Under the pieces are notes generated by a model, which was not told the origin of the DNA, ran no database searches, and saw only the letters and a list, made by a program, of their open reading frames with translations. From a bacterium (GTDB taxonomy: Bacteria > UBA10199 > 2-02-FULL-50-16 > JAJFLM01), in the NCBI GenBank assembly GCA_965216315.1, contig CBDCFN010000015.1, forward strand, positions 128,001 to 192,000: a DNA stretch of 64,000 bases, written 5' to 3'. The position numbers were made by a program, and so were the translations under genes. Below, piece by piece: positions 28,363 to 38,461 of this stretch (position 1 is its first letter; the number at the start of each line of letters is the position of its first letter).

Positions 28363-30810
28363 TTAATTCCGCAGCGGCTTCCCTTTCGTCAACATATACT
28401 GCATCCGCTCTTGCGTTTTTTGCATCCCGAGTAGCTCAAGAAAACATTCACGCTCTAAGTCAAGCAGGTCTTGCTCTGTCACATAGCTTACCTGGCGATT
28501 CCCCCCGGTCAACACACGTGCAAGGCGCTTGGCGACTTCACCGTCATGTTCGGAAATATCCCCTTTGGTGATAAAGTCCCGAACCGCTGATTGCAGGGCC
28601 ATCTGGCCACCGATGCCGGCCACCATGATATCCTCCCGAGGCTCAGGAACCGTATAGTCCTTCGTCATTTCAAGCACACGCTCCTTAGCGTCTTGCAAGT
28701 GACGATCACCTGACATGCTGACCTGATCTGCGGGAAGGAAATAGTAGAAGTCCTGGGCTTCTTTGGCTGAGGTGGCCACCTTGGCAAAGGCAATCGTCTG
28801 GAAGGCAAATTGCGCCTTCTGGAAGGGACCTCCGTCCGGGATTTTGTGCCACCAGCTCTTACCGACGGGGAACTTGCGATTTTTATGGAGCATTGCTTGT
28901 TCGGCACGTAGCACCATTTCTTTGCAGCCCCCACCGCCTGGAATGAGTCCGACCCCGACCTCCACCAAGCCAAAATAAGTCTCGGCCTGGGCTTGAATAC
29001 GATCGGCGCCTAAGCAAACCTCCGCACCGCCACCCAAGGCCATTTGGTGAGGCGCCGCCACGACAGGTTTCTTACTATAACGCAGTCCCATGCAGGCCTT
29101 TTGAAAGGCATCGACCACCTGTTCAATTTTTTTCCAGTTTTGCTGCTGGGCCTCCAACCAAATCAACATGAGGTTGGCACCGACACTAAAGTTGGAACCC
29201 CGGTTGTAGATGACCATGCCTTCAAAGTTACGCTCTACTTCAGAAACCGATTGAACCATCAGCTCCGTTATCCCATCATCGATCGCATTCATCTTGGAGT
29301 GGAACTCAAGACACGCCACTCCATCGCCAAGATCCCACAATGACGCCGAAGCATTTTTCAAGACAGCTTTCTTCGCGGTTTCCTTGACAACATCAAGGCG
29401 GACAATGCCTTCGCGGACCGGAACCAGCAGGTAGCTACTCTTTTCGATGTCAAAATAGAGGCTCTTAACACCCTCTTTTTTGTAGAAGGTGCCATCCCCC
29501 TTTTCGAGGACTTTTTTAACCAATTCAGGAACGGGAATATTCTCGGCTTCAAGACGCTTAGCAATCTCGGCCACTCCCAGAGCATCCCATAATTCAAAGG
29601 GGCCAATTTCCCAATTGAATCCCCACTTAAGCGCATTATCAACATTGACGATGTCATCCGCTATCTCCGGAACGCGATTGGCCGCATAGACCAGAGTATC
29701 ACGGGTCGCCGACCATGCGAGCGCACCGGCACGATCATCGGCACCAATCAGAAATTTGATGCGCTTACCAACATTTTTGATCGACTTAGCCTCTTTGAGC
29801 GAAGCAAACTTGGGTTTCTTAATCGGAACATATTCCATCGTTTTGAGATCCAATTGCAGGATCTTCCGCTTACCCTCGGCATCCTTGGTCTTCTGATAAA
29901 AGCCTTTTTTGGCTTTATTGCCTAAGAGCCCTTTTTCAACGATCTTCTCCAACACCGGCTGCTTGAACACCTCACGCTGTTCATCTTGGGTACAGCTCTC
30001 AAAGGTATTGACCGCCACATGAGCCAGCGTATCGATGCCAACAAGGTCACCCGTGCGAAAGGTTGCTGATTTCGGGCGCCCGACCGGCTTACCGAGTACC
30101 GCGTCCACTTCCTCGACCGTATAGCCTTCAGCAATAGCCGTCTTGATCGTGGCACAGAATCCGTGCACGGCAATCCGGTTGCCGATAAAATTCGGCGTAT
30201 CTTTGGCATAGACCACGCCCTTGCCGAGCGTGTTTTCCATAAAGTCCGCTATTGTCTCCAAGGCTTCCGGATCCGTTTCCGGGCTCGAAACAATTTCTAA
30301 GAGTTTCATGTAACGAACAGGGTTGAAAAAATGCGTCACCAAAAAGTTCTTCTTAAATTGCTCCGAACGTCCTTCTGACATCTGACTCAATGGCAGACCC
30401 GATGTATTCGAAGTCACAATGGCATTCGCATTGAGATGCGGTTCGAGTTTGGCAAACAGGCTTTGCTTAATATCCAAACGCTCCAGGACAACTTCAACAA
30501 TCCAATCACATTCCTTGACCTTCTCTAAATCATCATCAAAATTGCCGACCGTGATGAGCTTGAGGTCTTTCTTGGAATAGATCAGGGACGGCTTGCTCTT
30601 CTTGAGGCCTTCGATAGCTCCGAGTGCAAACTTGTTGCGGAATTTCGGGCTATCCTCTTTAAGTCCCGCCGCCTTATCCTCATCCGTAAACTGTGGTGGG
30701 ACGATATCCAACAGGTAGACGGGGATGCCGGCTCCGGCCACTACCGCGGCTATGCCGCGTCCCATCACGCCGGCCCCAAGGACCGCCACTTTTTTGATTT
30801 CGCGTGCCAT
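28363..30810 (-). CDS. fadN: 3-hydroxyacyl-CoA dehydrogenase/enoyl-CoA hydratase (FadN-type)
   Basis: GAGVMG, SNTSG, HFFNPVRYMKLLE, FSVGANL, GLIPGGGG, GKPLRN. Confidence 0.9.
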   Translation of the reverse strand: MAREIKKVAVLGAGVMGRGIAAVVAGAGIPVYLLDIVPPQFTDEDKAAGLKEDSPKFRNKFALGAIEGLKKSKPSLIYSKKDLKLITVGNFDDDLEKVKECDWIVEVVLERLDIKQSLFAKLEPHLNANAIVTSNTSGLPLSQMSEGRSEQFKKNFLVTHFFNPVRYMKLLEIVSSPETDPEALETIADFMENTLGKGVVYAKDTPNFIGNRIAVHGFCATIKTAIAEGYTVEEVDAVLGKPVGRPKSATFRTGDLVGIDTLAHVAVNTFESCTQDEQREVFKQPVLEKIVEKGLLGNKAKKGFYQKTKDAEGKRKILQLDLKTMEYVPIKKPKFASLKEAKSIKNVGKRIKFLIGADDRAGALAWSATRDTLVYAANRVPEIADDIVNVDNALKWGFNWEIGPFELWDALGVAEIAKRLEAENIPVPELVKKVLEKGDGTFYKKEGVKSLYFDIEKSSYLLVPVREGIVRLDVVKETAKKAVLKNASASLWDLGDGVACLEFHSKMNAIDDGITELMVQSVSEVERNFEGMVIYNRGSNFSVGANLMLIWLEAQQQNWKKIEQVVDAFQKACMGLRYSKKPVVAAPHQMALGGGAEVCLGADRIQAQAETYFGLVEVGVGLIPGGGGCKEMVLRAEQAMLHKNRKFPVGKSWWHKIPDGGPFQKAQFAFQTIAFAKVATSAKEAQDFYYFLPADQVSMSGDRHLQDAKERVLEMTKDYTVPEPREDIMVAGIGGQMALQSAVRDFITKGDISEHDGEVAKRLARVLTGGNRQVSYVTEQDLLDLERECFLELLGMQKTQERMQYMLTKGKPLRN

Positions 30811-30824
30811 ATTTACACTCCGTA

Positions 30825-31985
30825 TTAATTCAATAATTCAATGACCGTCGCGGCACCTTGTCCGCCACCGATACACATCGTTTCAACACCAATCGTCTTA
30901 CCTGCCTGTTTGAGGTCATTGATTAATGTCGCCATGATGCGTGCGCCGCTGCACCCTAGGGGGTGACCTAACGCAATCGCACCGCCGTGCGGATTGAGCT
31001 TTTCTTCAGGAATGCCTAGTTCACGGATAACTGCGAGTGATTGTGCCGCAAAGGCCTCGTTGAGCTCGAAGATGTCGACATCGCTGATTTTCATGCCGGC
31101 ACGCTTCAACACTTTTTGCACCGCGGGTATCGGGCCGATTCCCATGTACTCAGGATCAACTCCCGCAACGGCCATCGCTCGGATCTTGGCCAAGGGCTTG
31201 ATGCCCAAGGCCTTGGCCTTGGAAGCACTCATCACAATAACGGCCGCGGCACCGTCAGTCAGGGGAGAGCTGTTACCCGCCGTCACGGAACCATCTTTTT
31301 TGAAGGCCGGTTTGAGCGTCGCTAGCTTTTCAAGCGTGGTCCCCGGGCGTATATTTTCATCTTTGTCGAGAGTAACTGTTTTACCGTCGGGCAAGGGTAT
31401 TTCAATAGGAAGCATTTCATCCCGAAACAAACCTTTTTCCGTCGCCGTCGCTGCGCGTTGATGGGATTGCATCGCAAACTTATCCATGTCTTCTCGGCTG
31501 ATGTTGTACTTGGCCGCAACGTTTTCAGCCGTGATCCCCATCGACACATAAGCATCCGGCATTCCGGATTCCATTAACAACGGATTCAAGCTCGGGTTGA
31601 ACCCACCCATTGGTACATGGGTCATTGACTCAATTCCACCACTCACAAAAATTTCGCCATTACCCACCATGACATTAAGGGCCGCATCATTGATGGCCTG
31701 CAGACCCGAAGCACAGAAACGATTGAGCGTAAACGCCGACGCGGTGTTCGGAACACCGGCCAGAAAACTAATATTACGCGCCACGTTCATGCCTTGTTCC
31801 CCTTCAGGCATCGCACAACCGATAATCACGTCCTCGATTTCCTGCGGATCGATCTGAGGGACCCGGCGCAAAGCTTCTTTGACAACCATACCCCCCACAT
31901 CATCGATGCGGAGGTTGACGAGTAATCCTTTGTTGGCACGGCCCATCGGACTACGAACAGCTGAGACGATAACGGCTTCTTCCAT
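30825..31985 (-). CDS. fadA: Acetyl-CoA C-acyltransferase (thiolase)
   Basis: NRFCASG, NEAFA, GHPLG, MCIGGGQG; SD AAGGAG. Confidence 0.92.
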   Translation of the reverse strand: MEEAVIVSAVRSPMGRANKGLLVNLRIDDVGGMVVKEALRRVPQIDPQEIEDVIIGCAMPEGEQGMNVARNISFLAGVPNTASAFTLNRFCASGLQAINDAALNVMVGNGEIFVSGGIESMTHVPMGGFNPSLNPLLMESGMPDAYVSMGITAENVAAKYNISREDMDKFAMQSHQRAATATEKGLFRDEMLPIEIPLPDGKTVTLDKDENIRPGTTLEKLATLKPAFKKDGSVTAGNSSPLTDGAAAVIVMSASKAKALGIKPLAKIRAMAVAGVDPEYMGIGPIPAVQKVLKRAGMKISDVDIFELNEAFAAQSLAVIRELGIPEEKLNPHGGAIALGHPLGCSGARIMATLINDLKQAGKTIGVETMCIGGGQGAATVIELLN

Positions 31986-32015
31986 AATGAATCTCCTTAC
32001 ACGGCTTAGATGCAA

Positions 32016-32039
32016 AAAAATGAATGAGTATTCATTTTT
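32016..32039. promoter_or_regulatory. TetR-type (FadR/YsiA-like) palindromic operator
   Basis: aaaaatgaat-gagt-attcattttt directly upstream of fadA-fadN. Confidence 0.7.
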
Positions 32040-32074
32040 ACGCTGATGTGACGCGATATGTCAATGGGAGGGCA

Positions 32075-32105
32075 AAAAAGAAGGAGCCTGATAATCAGGC
32101 CCCTC
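32075..32105 (-). terminator. Intrinsic terminator after rnpB
   Basis: gcctgat/atcaggc stem followed by a T-run on the minus strand. Confidence 0.7.
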
Positions 32106-32127
32106 ATTAAGCTATTAAAATTATTAA

Positions 32128-32569
32128 GGAAGTGGGCCGATAAGCCGGGTTCTGTCTCCGCCGCAGGCAGATGATGATCATTTATCTGGGACGGCCATTA
32201 CTGACCGCCTCAAGCATCCTACCCATCCTGGCGAAAGAGGACTTTGTGAATTCCGCAAAGCCTTCTTAACTTGGCCGGACCGACCTCAAACCAGAACCTA
32301 TTTGGACTTGCATCCCGTGGGGTTTAGCTGATTTCACTACAGCATTGTTTCACAAACTGAAAGCACAGCTTCCAGTTTGCTAAAGTCATGGGGCGAGAAA
32401 ACTCTCTCCCCCCTGACAACCCCCCATCGTGTTAGCAATGGGGCAATCTGTACATACTTTCTGTTCCACTTTCCGTCGCCTCACGGCGCCCGGGAGTTAC
32501 CCGGCACGGTGTCCTGTGATGCCCGGACTTTCCTCCCCATCTCTCGGGGCGATCATCTGGCCCACTTCC
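32128..32569 (-). ncRNA. rnpB: RNase P RNA
   Basis: GAGGAAAGTCCGGGC near the 5' end, ACAGAACCCGGCTTA near the 3' end, P1 ggaagtgggcc/ggcccacttcc. Confidence 0.96.
32347..32435. repeat. Structured repeat copy 1 (within rnpB P12)
   Basis: Close match to 35725-35808. Confidence 0.8.
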
Positions 32570-32601
32570 AAGCGTTAGTCTAAGTCAGGGGAGAAGTGCC
32601 G

Positions 32602-33015
32602 TCAACCCGCCTGAAGATCGATCGCATCATTGGCAAGGCGATCCGCATCTTTATTTTGTTCGCGAGGGACGTGCTCCAAAACAACTTTTTCAAAGGCGCG
32701 CAACCGTGACTTGGCTTCCAGATACAAAGGCTTGAGCCCTTCATTTTTGACCTTATACTCACCCGTCAGCTGTCGAATCATCAGCTGCGAATCCGCCCGA
32801 ATAATGACTTCCGCCGGATTAAGAGCTTCCAGTTTATCGAGGGCCAAAATAAGAGCCTGATACTCCGCGACGTTGTTAGTAGCTGTTCCCAGATAGGCAT
32901 AGGCCTCTTCAACCATAACATCATGCTGATCGACAATATAGACGCCGGCCCCCGCGGGCCCTGGGTTTCCTCGGGCCGCTCCATCGGTATAAGCAATTAA
33001 GAGTTCATGCGACAT
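32602..33015 (-). CDS. rnhA: Ribonuclease HI family protein
   Basis: YTDGAARGNPG, TNNVAEY, DSQL, HVPREQNKDADRLAN. Confidence 0.92.
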   Translation of the reverse strand: MSHELLIAYTDGAARGNPGPAGAGVYIVDQHDVMVEEAYAYLGTATNNVAEYQALILALDKLEALNPAEVIIRADSQLMIRQLTGEYKVKNEGLKPLYLEAKSRLRAFEKVVLEHVPREQNKDADRLANDAIDLQAG

Positions 33016-33021
33016 GAAAAA

Positions 33022-33759
33022 CTATTCGGTTGGGGTTTCAATCCCTTCATCCTCAACGGCTTCCTTGATAAAAAGCAGACGCTGACAACTAGGGCAGGAA
33101 TGAAGCGTCTCGAGGCGTAACACCTCGATCACTAACTGAGGCGGCACGTTAACGAAACAACCCTGACACGACTTGCCCTCTAGCATGGCAATCGCATCGC
33201 GGTTCATCCCCCTGGCTTCATTGTAACGAGCCAGCAGCTCTTGGTCGATGTCATGGGTCTTTTGCTCCCACTCATTTTGGCGTTCTTCTAAGCGCGCCTT
33301 CAGCTCGCCGATGCTCGCCTCGAGCTCCGCCTTTTGTTCGGCTAACTCCTGCGCCTTGGCATCGAATGCCGGTTTATCTTCGGCAACCTTTTTCTCAAGA
33401 CCTTCAGTCTCTTCCATGATCGCGAGCATTTGATTTTCCAGTTCCTTGTTGTGGCGCTTGCGTTCCGCAATTTCGGAGACAGCCGCTTGATACTCTTTGT
33501 TGGTCTTGATCATATAGAGCTTGGCTTCGCGCTCCTTGACGTGCTCCTGATAATCCGCCAGTTCGGCTTCTTTCTCACGATACGACTTTTGAAGCTCCTC
33601 AAGACGACTCGCCGCTGCGTTATACTCCTTAAACGAATCAGCCAGCTCTTGGTCTAGTTCTTGTATCTTAGCCGGCACAGCCTCGATTTCTGCCTGAATG
33701 TCATGAATTTCGACGGCATGCGTATTAAGACGATAGAGTTTTTTTATCTGATCTTTAAT
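33022..33759 (-). CDS. Coiled-coil C4 zinc-ribbon protein (CT398/HP0958-like), probable ATT start
   Basis: CQGCFVNVPPQ...CPSCQRLL; frame open upstream of GTG 33678 to ATT 33759, which has SD AAGGAG. Confidence 0.88.
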   Translation of the reverse strand: MKDQIKKLYRLNTHAVEIHDIQAEIEAVPAKIQELDQELADSFKEYNAAASRLEELQKSYREKEAELADYQEHVKEREAKLYMIKTNKEYQAAVSEIAERKRHNKELENQMLAIMEETEGLEKKVAEDKPAFDAKAQELAEQKAELEASIGELKARLEERQNEWEQKTHDIDQELLARYNEARGMNRDAIAMLEGKSCQGCFVNVPPQLVIEVLRLETLHSCPSCQRLLFIKEAVEDEGIETPTE

Positions 33760-33780
33760 GACTCCACTCCTTACCCAATG

Positions 33781-33853
33781 TGGGCCCGATAGGACTTGAA
33801 CCTATAACGACCCGGTTATGAGCCGGGTGCTCTACCAATTGAGCTACAGGCCC
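33781..33853 (-). tRNA. tRNA with CAT anticodon, probably tRNA-Ile2 (lysidine); CCA not encoded
   Basis: GGGCCTGTAGCTCAATTGGTAGAGC..CCCGG-CTCATAA-CCGGG..GGTTCAAGTCC; paired 1-72 end. Confidence 0.93.
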
Positions 33854-33865
33854 TCGAACCCCTAC

Positions 33866-33897
33866 AAAAAAAGGGGCGACTTCTCAGTCGCCCCTTT
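33866..33897 (-). terminator. Intrinsic terminator after rpoD
   Basis: aaaggggcgac/gtcgccccttt stem with a T-run on the minus strand. Confidence 0.8.
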
Positions 33898-33903
33898 ATG
33901 CTC

Positions 33904-35667
33904 CTAATCAATGAAGCTTCGCAACCTTTTTGCTCGCGACGGGTGTCGCAACTTGCGTAAGGCCTTGGCCTCGATCTGTCGGATACGCTCACGTGTGACC
34001 GAGAAGTTGCGCCCGACCTCTTCTAGCGTATGGTCAGACTTCTCTCCGATCCCAAAACGCATCCGCAAGACTTTTTCTTCACGAGGCGTTAATGTCGCCA
34101 AGACCCGCTGGGTCTGTTCCGCAATATTCAGCCCCGTGACCGCATCGCCCGGCGTCGGGATATTCTTGTCCTCGATAAAATCACCTAAGTGCGAATCTTC
34201 CTCTTCCCCGATGGGGGTTTCCAGCGAAATGGGCTCCTTAGCAATACGGAGCACCTTGCGCACCTTTTCGAGTGGCAATTCCATCTTTTCGGCAATCTCT
34301 TCCGGCGTCGGCTCACGACCTAATTCCTGAACAAGATGGCGGGATGTCCGGACCAACTTGTTGATCGTTTCAATCATGTGCACAGGAATACGGATCGTCC
34401 GGGCCTGGTCCGCTATGGCCCGCGTAATGGCCTGACGGATCCACCAAGTCGCATAAGTACTGAATTTATACCCGCGCCGGTACTCAAACTTGTCCACCGC
34501 CTTCATCAAGCCGATGTTGCCTTCCTGAATAAGGTCAAGAAACTGCAGGCCTCGATTGGTGTATTTTTTGGCAATACTCACGACGAGGCGCAGATTCGCA
34601 TCGACCAATTCATTCTTGGCAAGAGCCGCGTAACGCTGCCAGCGTCTGATATCTTTGAGAATCTTCCGTAGTTCTTTCGTATCAAGACCGCACTCACGTT
34701 CCGCCTCACGAATGATTTTTTTCGCTCCCTTGTAAGTATCGATATGCTTGACCACATCTTCCTTACTCATCCGCAGATCAGTGGAGATCTTTTTCTCCAT
34801 GTATTTGGAGCGGCCAAATTTATCGATGAGCTCGGGCAGCTTATCCGCAGGCACACTGAGTTTGCGTCGCACTTGCGAAACAACTTTTTCTTGATCATCA
34901 ATCGTATCAACCAACTCATGAATGCGACCGATCAAACGATCGATGGTCTTGCGGTTAAGTCGCATTTCCTTCACAACGTCTAATAGCTGATCCAAAGCCT
35001 CATCCGCCTGCTGCTGCGCCTTTTCGCGATTTTCCGCCCGCAAGCGTGCGTTCTGCGATTTGGCCTTGTACGTCGAGTACTGCTTGCTCAACTTACGTAT
35101 CTTGGTGAGATACTGTAAAAAGTGGCTCGCATAGGCTTCTTCGTCAACGGACTCTTCGCTGTTCTGCTCGCTTTCTTCAAAATCTTTGACAAGTTCAGTA
35201 ACACTGACATCGCCCTTTTTGATCTTCTCACCCATGCGATTGAATTCATTCAGCCCCATGGGTGCCGACAGAAGGGTTCTCAAAGCTTGATCTTCACCTT
35301 CTTCAATGCGCTTGGCGATCTCAACTTCCCCTTCGCGTGTCAACAAGGCCACCTGGCCCATCTTACGCAAATACATCCGGACCGGGTCCGTTGAGCGAAC
35401 GACTGGCGTCTCCTCGACAGGAACCGGACGTGAACTCTCCGGTTTCTCCGTCGTTTCTTCCTTTTTCTTGACGGCTTGAGCCGCTTTTTCGTCGTTGACG
35501 ATTTCAATATCCATGTCATCAAACATGGACAGTACGCCATCGAGTTGATCGGGTGAAACCATGTCACCCGGAAGGGCATCGTTGACTTCCTCGTAGGTGA
35601 GAAAGCCCTTTTCCTTTCCGCGGTGAATCAGCTGCTGAACACCCTGCGTCTCGTTTTTCTTCGCCAT
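33904..35667 (-). CDS. rpoD: RNA polymerase primary sigma factor
   Basis: Region 1.1, [38 protein letters not shown]. Confidence 0.98.
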   Translation of the reverse strand: MAKKNETQGVQQLIHRGKEKGFLTYEEVNDALPGDMVSPDQLDGVLSMFDDMDIEIVNDEKAAQAVKKKEETTEKPESSRPVPVEETPVVRSTDPVRMYLRKMGQVALLTREGEVEIAKRIEEGEDQALRTLLSAPMGLNEFNRMGEKIKKGDVSVTELVKDFEESEQNSEESVDEEAYASHFLQYLTKIRKLSKQYSTYKAKSQNARLRAENREKAQQQADEALDQLLDVVKEMRLNRKTIDRLIGRIHELVDTIDDQEKVVSQVRRKLSVPADKLPELIDKFGRSKYMEKKISTDLRMSKEDVVKHIDTYKGAKKIIREAERECGLDTKELRKILKDIRRWQRYAALAKNELVDANLRLVVSIAKKYTNRGLQFLDLIQEGNIGLMKAVDKFEYRRGYKFSTYATWWIRQAITRAIADQARTIRIPVHMIETINKLVRTSRHLVQELGREPTPEEIAEKMELPLEKVRKVLRIAKEPISLETPIGEEEDSHLGDFIEDKNIPTPGDAVTGLNIAEQTQRVLATLTPREEKVLRMRFGIGEKSDHTLEEVGRNFSVTRERIRQIEAKALRKLRHPSRAKRLRSFID

Positions 35668-35724
35668 AATCGTAGCTCCCTATATCACTAATATTATCGT
35701 CAACCCGATCGTTCCAATTCCGTC

Positions 35725-35808
35725 GTTTCACCAACTGAAAGCGCAGCTTCCAGTTTGCTCTAGTTAGGGGCGAGAATCCTCTCTCCCCCTAACGACCCCC
35801 ATCGTTAG
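35725..35808. repeat. Structured repeat copy 2 (dnaG-rpoD spacer)
   Basis: gtttcaccaactgaaagcgcagcttccagtttg...ggggcgagaa..ctctcccc..ccccatcg; abuts the dnaG stop. Confidence 0.8.
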
Positions 35809-37584
35809 TTAACCCCCGATTAAAAGCCTATTATGCTCCGTCATCAGCTCTATGACGCGACCGGTATCGGCCTCAGCCTCGGCCTTTCGAAGCTGGCTCG
35901 CCAAATTCTGTCGTTGCGCCACGAGATGTTGGCGCTGCAAGCGCTGTCGACAGGAAGTCACCAAATCTTCCGCTTCCCCGGCGTCAACGCTTGAATCAGA
36001 CAGGAGCAGTTCGGTCAGTTCCTGACTCAAACCCTCGTCTGCCAGCCCCCCCAGGATTTCGGCAGGCGACCGTCCTTGGTCCAGGGCCGCCTGAAGGCCA
36101 GGCCACAGCCCGCGTAGGACCGTATGCTGCCAATCCCCGGCTTCCAGCTCGTCACGAAGGGCCGCAGCCCCTTCCACATTAGATAAAACCGCTCTTAAGA
36201 GGTCTCGTTCAAAGGGAGTGAGACGCACGCCCTTATGACGCCGAGCGTCAATATCATCGGCCGGTGCCTGTACAAAGTTGCGTCCTCTGTGCCCTAGAGC
36301 CGTTATCTCACGCCGGATCACCGCCTCCGTAAGGCCTAATTTTGACGCAAGTCTCTGAATATACAAGCCTTTTTCGACTTCTTCGACGATGCGCGCTAAC
36401 TGAGGCACGAGCTTACGGGCCGCCTGGACCTTGCCGACGTTGTCTGCGGGGCTCTGGGCCACCACTTTATCGATAAAATAATCCATCAATGCGGGTGCCG
36501 CCAGGAGTCCCGCCCCAAAATTTTCCCGGCCCTCGGTGCGGATAAAGCTATCCGGATCCTCCCCTTCGGGCAGGGAAAAAATGCGCGTCGGAATCCCCAG
36601 TGGGCTCGTCGTCTCCAGGGACCGCCAGGCCGCCTTGAGGCCCGCCTGATCCCCATCAAAGATCACGACGAGTTCTTGGGAGTGGCGACTGAGTCGTTTG
36701 ACCTGGTCCGCGGTCAACGCGGTACCTAAAGGGGCAACGGTATGAGTGAATCCATGCTGCGCCAGGGCCAGGACGTCCATATAGCCCTCAACAATCAAGG
36801 CCTGCTGGGCTTCGCGCAACGATGTCCGCGCCTCGAAGAGACCATAGACCTCACGCCCTTTGTGATACAAAGGCGATTCCGGCGTATTAAGATATTTGGG
36901 TTGTTGGTCGTCGCTGAGACTCCGCCCGCCAAAGGCGATGAACTGACCCGCACTGTTGCGGATGGGAAATATCAAGCGCCCCCGAAAAAAATCAAAATAG
37001 TGACCATCATCCCCGCGACGTAATAGGCCGACCTTTTCAGCCAGTTCCAGGGGAACCTTTTTTGACTCAAGATAGCGTGCGAGTTCACGGCCACTCGATG
37101 GGGCAAAGCCAAGCAAAAAATGCTGCGCCGTACGCGCTTCGATGCCCCGTTGCTTTAAGTAGTCCGCTGCCTGCCGACCCGAACCGCTCTCATCGTGGAG
37201 TTGATTAAAATAGAATTCGGCGGCCAGGTGATTGACGCGCGCATACCGCTTCTTAAGCTGGAGCGATTGGGTCTCATCATTGCGACCGTCAAAGCGAATG
37301 TCCACGCCGACTCGCTCGCCAAGCGCTTGCACCGCCTCCACAAAGGAGATGCCTTCAAACTTCATTAAAAAAGTGAAAACGTTTCCGCCTTCTCCGCAGC
37401 CAAAGCAGTGAAAAATCTGCTTATCGGCATTGACCATAAAAGACGGCGTCTTCTCAGTATGGAAAGGGCAGAGACCCTTATGGTTGCGCCCCGACTGCTT
37501 GAGAGGCAGATACTCCGAGACAAACGCGACGATATCGACGCCTTCGCGGATCTTTTCCAGCTGTTCGTCTGGAATGAGGCCCAC
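35809..37584 (-). CDS. dnaG: DNA primase
   Basis: CPFH..CFGC zinc finger, KYLNTPE, VEGYMD, FDGDQAG, EDPD. Confidence 0.97.
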   Translation of the reverse strand: MGLIPDEQLEKIREGVDIVAFVSEYLPLKQSGRNHKGLCPFHTEKTPSFMVNADKQIFHCFGCGEGGNVFTFLMKFEGISFVEAVQALGERVGVDIRFDGRNDETQSLQLKKRYARVNHLAAEFYFNQLHDESGSGRQAADYLKQRGIEARTAQHFLLGFAPSSGRELARYLESKKVPLELAEKVGLLRRGDDGHYFDFFRGRLIFPIRNSAGQFIAFGGRSLSDDQQPKYLNTPESPLYHKGREVYGLFEARTSLREAQQALIVEGYMDVLALAQHGFTHTVAPLGTALTADQVKRLSRHSQELVVIFDGDQAGLKAAWRSLETTSPLGIPTRIFSLPEGEDPDSFIRTEGRENFGAGLLAAPALMDYFIDKVVAQSPADNVGKVQAARKLVPQLARIVEEVEKGLYIQRLASKLGLTEAVIRREITALGHRGRNFVQAPADDIDARRHKGVRLTPFERDLLRAVLSNVEGAAALRDELEAGDWQHTVLRGLWPGLQAALDQGRSPAEILGGLADEGLSQELTELLLSDSSVDAGEAEDLVTSCRQRLQRQHLVAQRQNLASQLRKAEAEADTGRVIELMTEHNRLLIGG

Positions 37585-37606
37585 CAGTTCCCCCTAGCTT
37601 CTTTAA

Positions 37607-38053
37607 CTATGATCCTAAACGTTGTTGAACTAACTGCTTGACGATCTTCCCGTCAGCCCGCGTCCCCAACTCCGACATCACGGGTTTCATGACCTTACCA
37701 AAATCTTGTGGCCCTGCAGCCCCGCTTTCCTGAATTACTTTGTCAACACACGCGGCGATCTCCGCCTCACTTAGTGGAGGCGGCAACAGGGTCTCTAAAA
37801 ACTCTATCTCTTCCGCTTCTTTGGCGGCCAATTCATCGCGACCCGCCTTTTGAAATTGTTCGATCGATTCCTTGCGCTGCTTGATCAGCGTTGCGACCAC
37901 CTTTTGAGAATCGCCCTCCTCCAGAGGAGCCCCTTTTTCAATCTCTTTATTTTTGAGCGCCGCCTGAGTCATCCGGGCAACATCAAGACGCACCTGCGCC
38001 TTTGCCTTCATCGACTCGACAACAGCCCGCCGGACCTCTTCGAGGATGCTCAT
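37607..38053 (-). CDS. yqeY: GatB/YqeY domain protein
   Basis: KQRKESIEQF, GKVMK, RADG; lies between rpsU and dnaG. Confidence 0.92.
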   Translation of the reverse strand: MSILEEVRRAVVESMKAKAQVRLDVARMTQAALKNKEIEKGAPLEEGDSQKVVATLIKQRKESIEQFQKAGRDELAAKEAEEIEFLETLLPPPLSEAEIAACVDKVIQESGAAGPQDFGKVMKPVMSELGTRADGKIVKQLVQQRLGS

Positions 38054-38056
38054 TAA

Positions 38057-38257
38057 TTATCTACTCTCTCTTAATCGAACTTTTTTGAGGGCTCGTTTGC
38101 GCGCAGCAATGGCCTTCTTTTTGCGTTTGATTGAGGGCTTTTCATAGTGCTCGCGCTTTCTGATCTCTGAAAGGATGCCTAATTTTTCGCATTGCTTTTT
38201 AAAACGCCTCACCGCTTGTTCAAAACCTTCGCCTTCTCTAATCCTAATACCTGGCAT
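38057..38257 (-). CDS. rpsU: 30S ribosomal protein S21
   Basis: [14 protein letters not shown]. Confidence 0.97.
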   Translation of the reverse strand: MPGIRIREGEGFEQAVRRFKKQCEKLGILSEIRKREHYEKPSIKRKKKAIAARKRALKKVRLRESR

Positions 38258-38429
38258 GGATGGCAGACACCCCCTTTACGTGACGTCGTAACTTCACCTG
38301 GAATTTAACTAAAAATTCCTGTCAATTCAATAGTTTATCAAAAGAGAGTGCTTTTAAATGAGCGGGGTCTCCCTGTCAAGATAATTGCTGATGGATGATT
38401 TCATCACACGCGGGAGCTGGAAAAATGCA

Positions 38430-38455
38430 CAACAGTTGGGCAGGCGGTCCGAAGA
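38430..38455 (+). promoter_or_regulatory. CAAC-N16-CGAAGA promoter motif
   Basis: 6 nt before ATG 38462. Confidence 0.6.
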
Positions 38456-38461
38456 GGGATT

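Noticed and set aside
33781..33853. Calling the CAT tRNA initiator Met
   Set aside because: It has a paired G1-C72, lacks the GGG/CCC 29-31/39-41 initiator stem, and resembles Ile2; elongator Met is not fully excluded.
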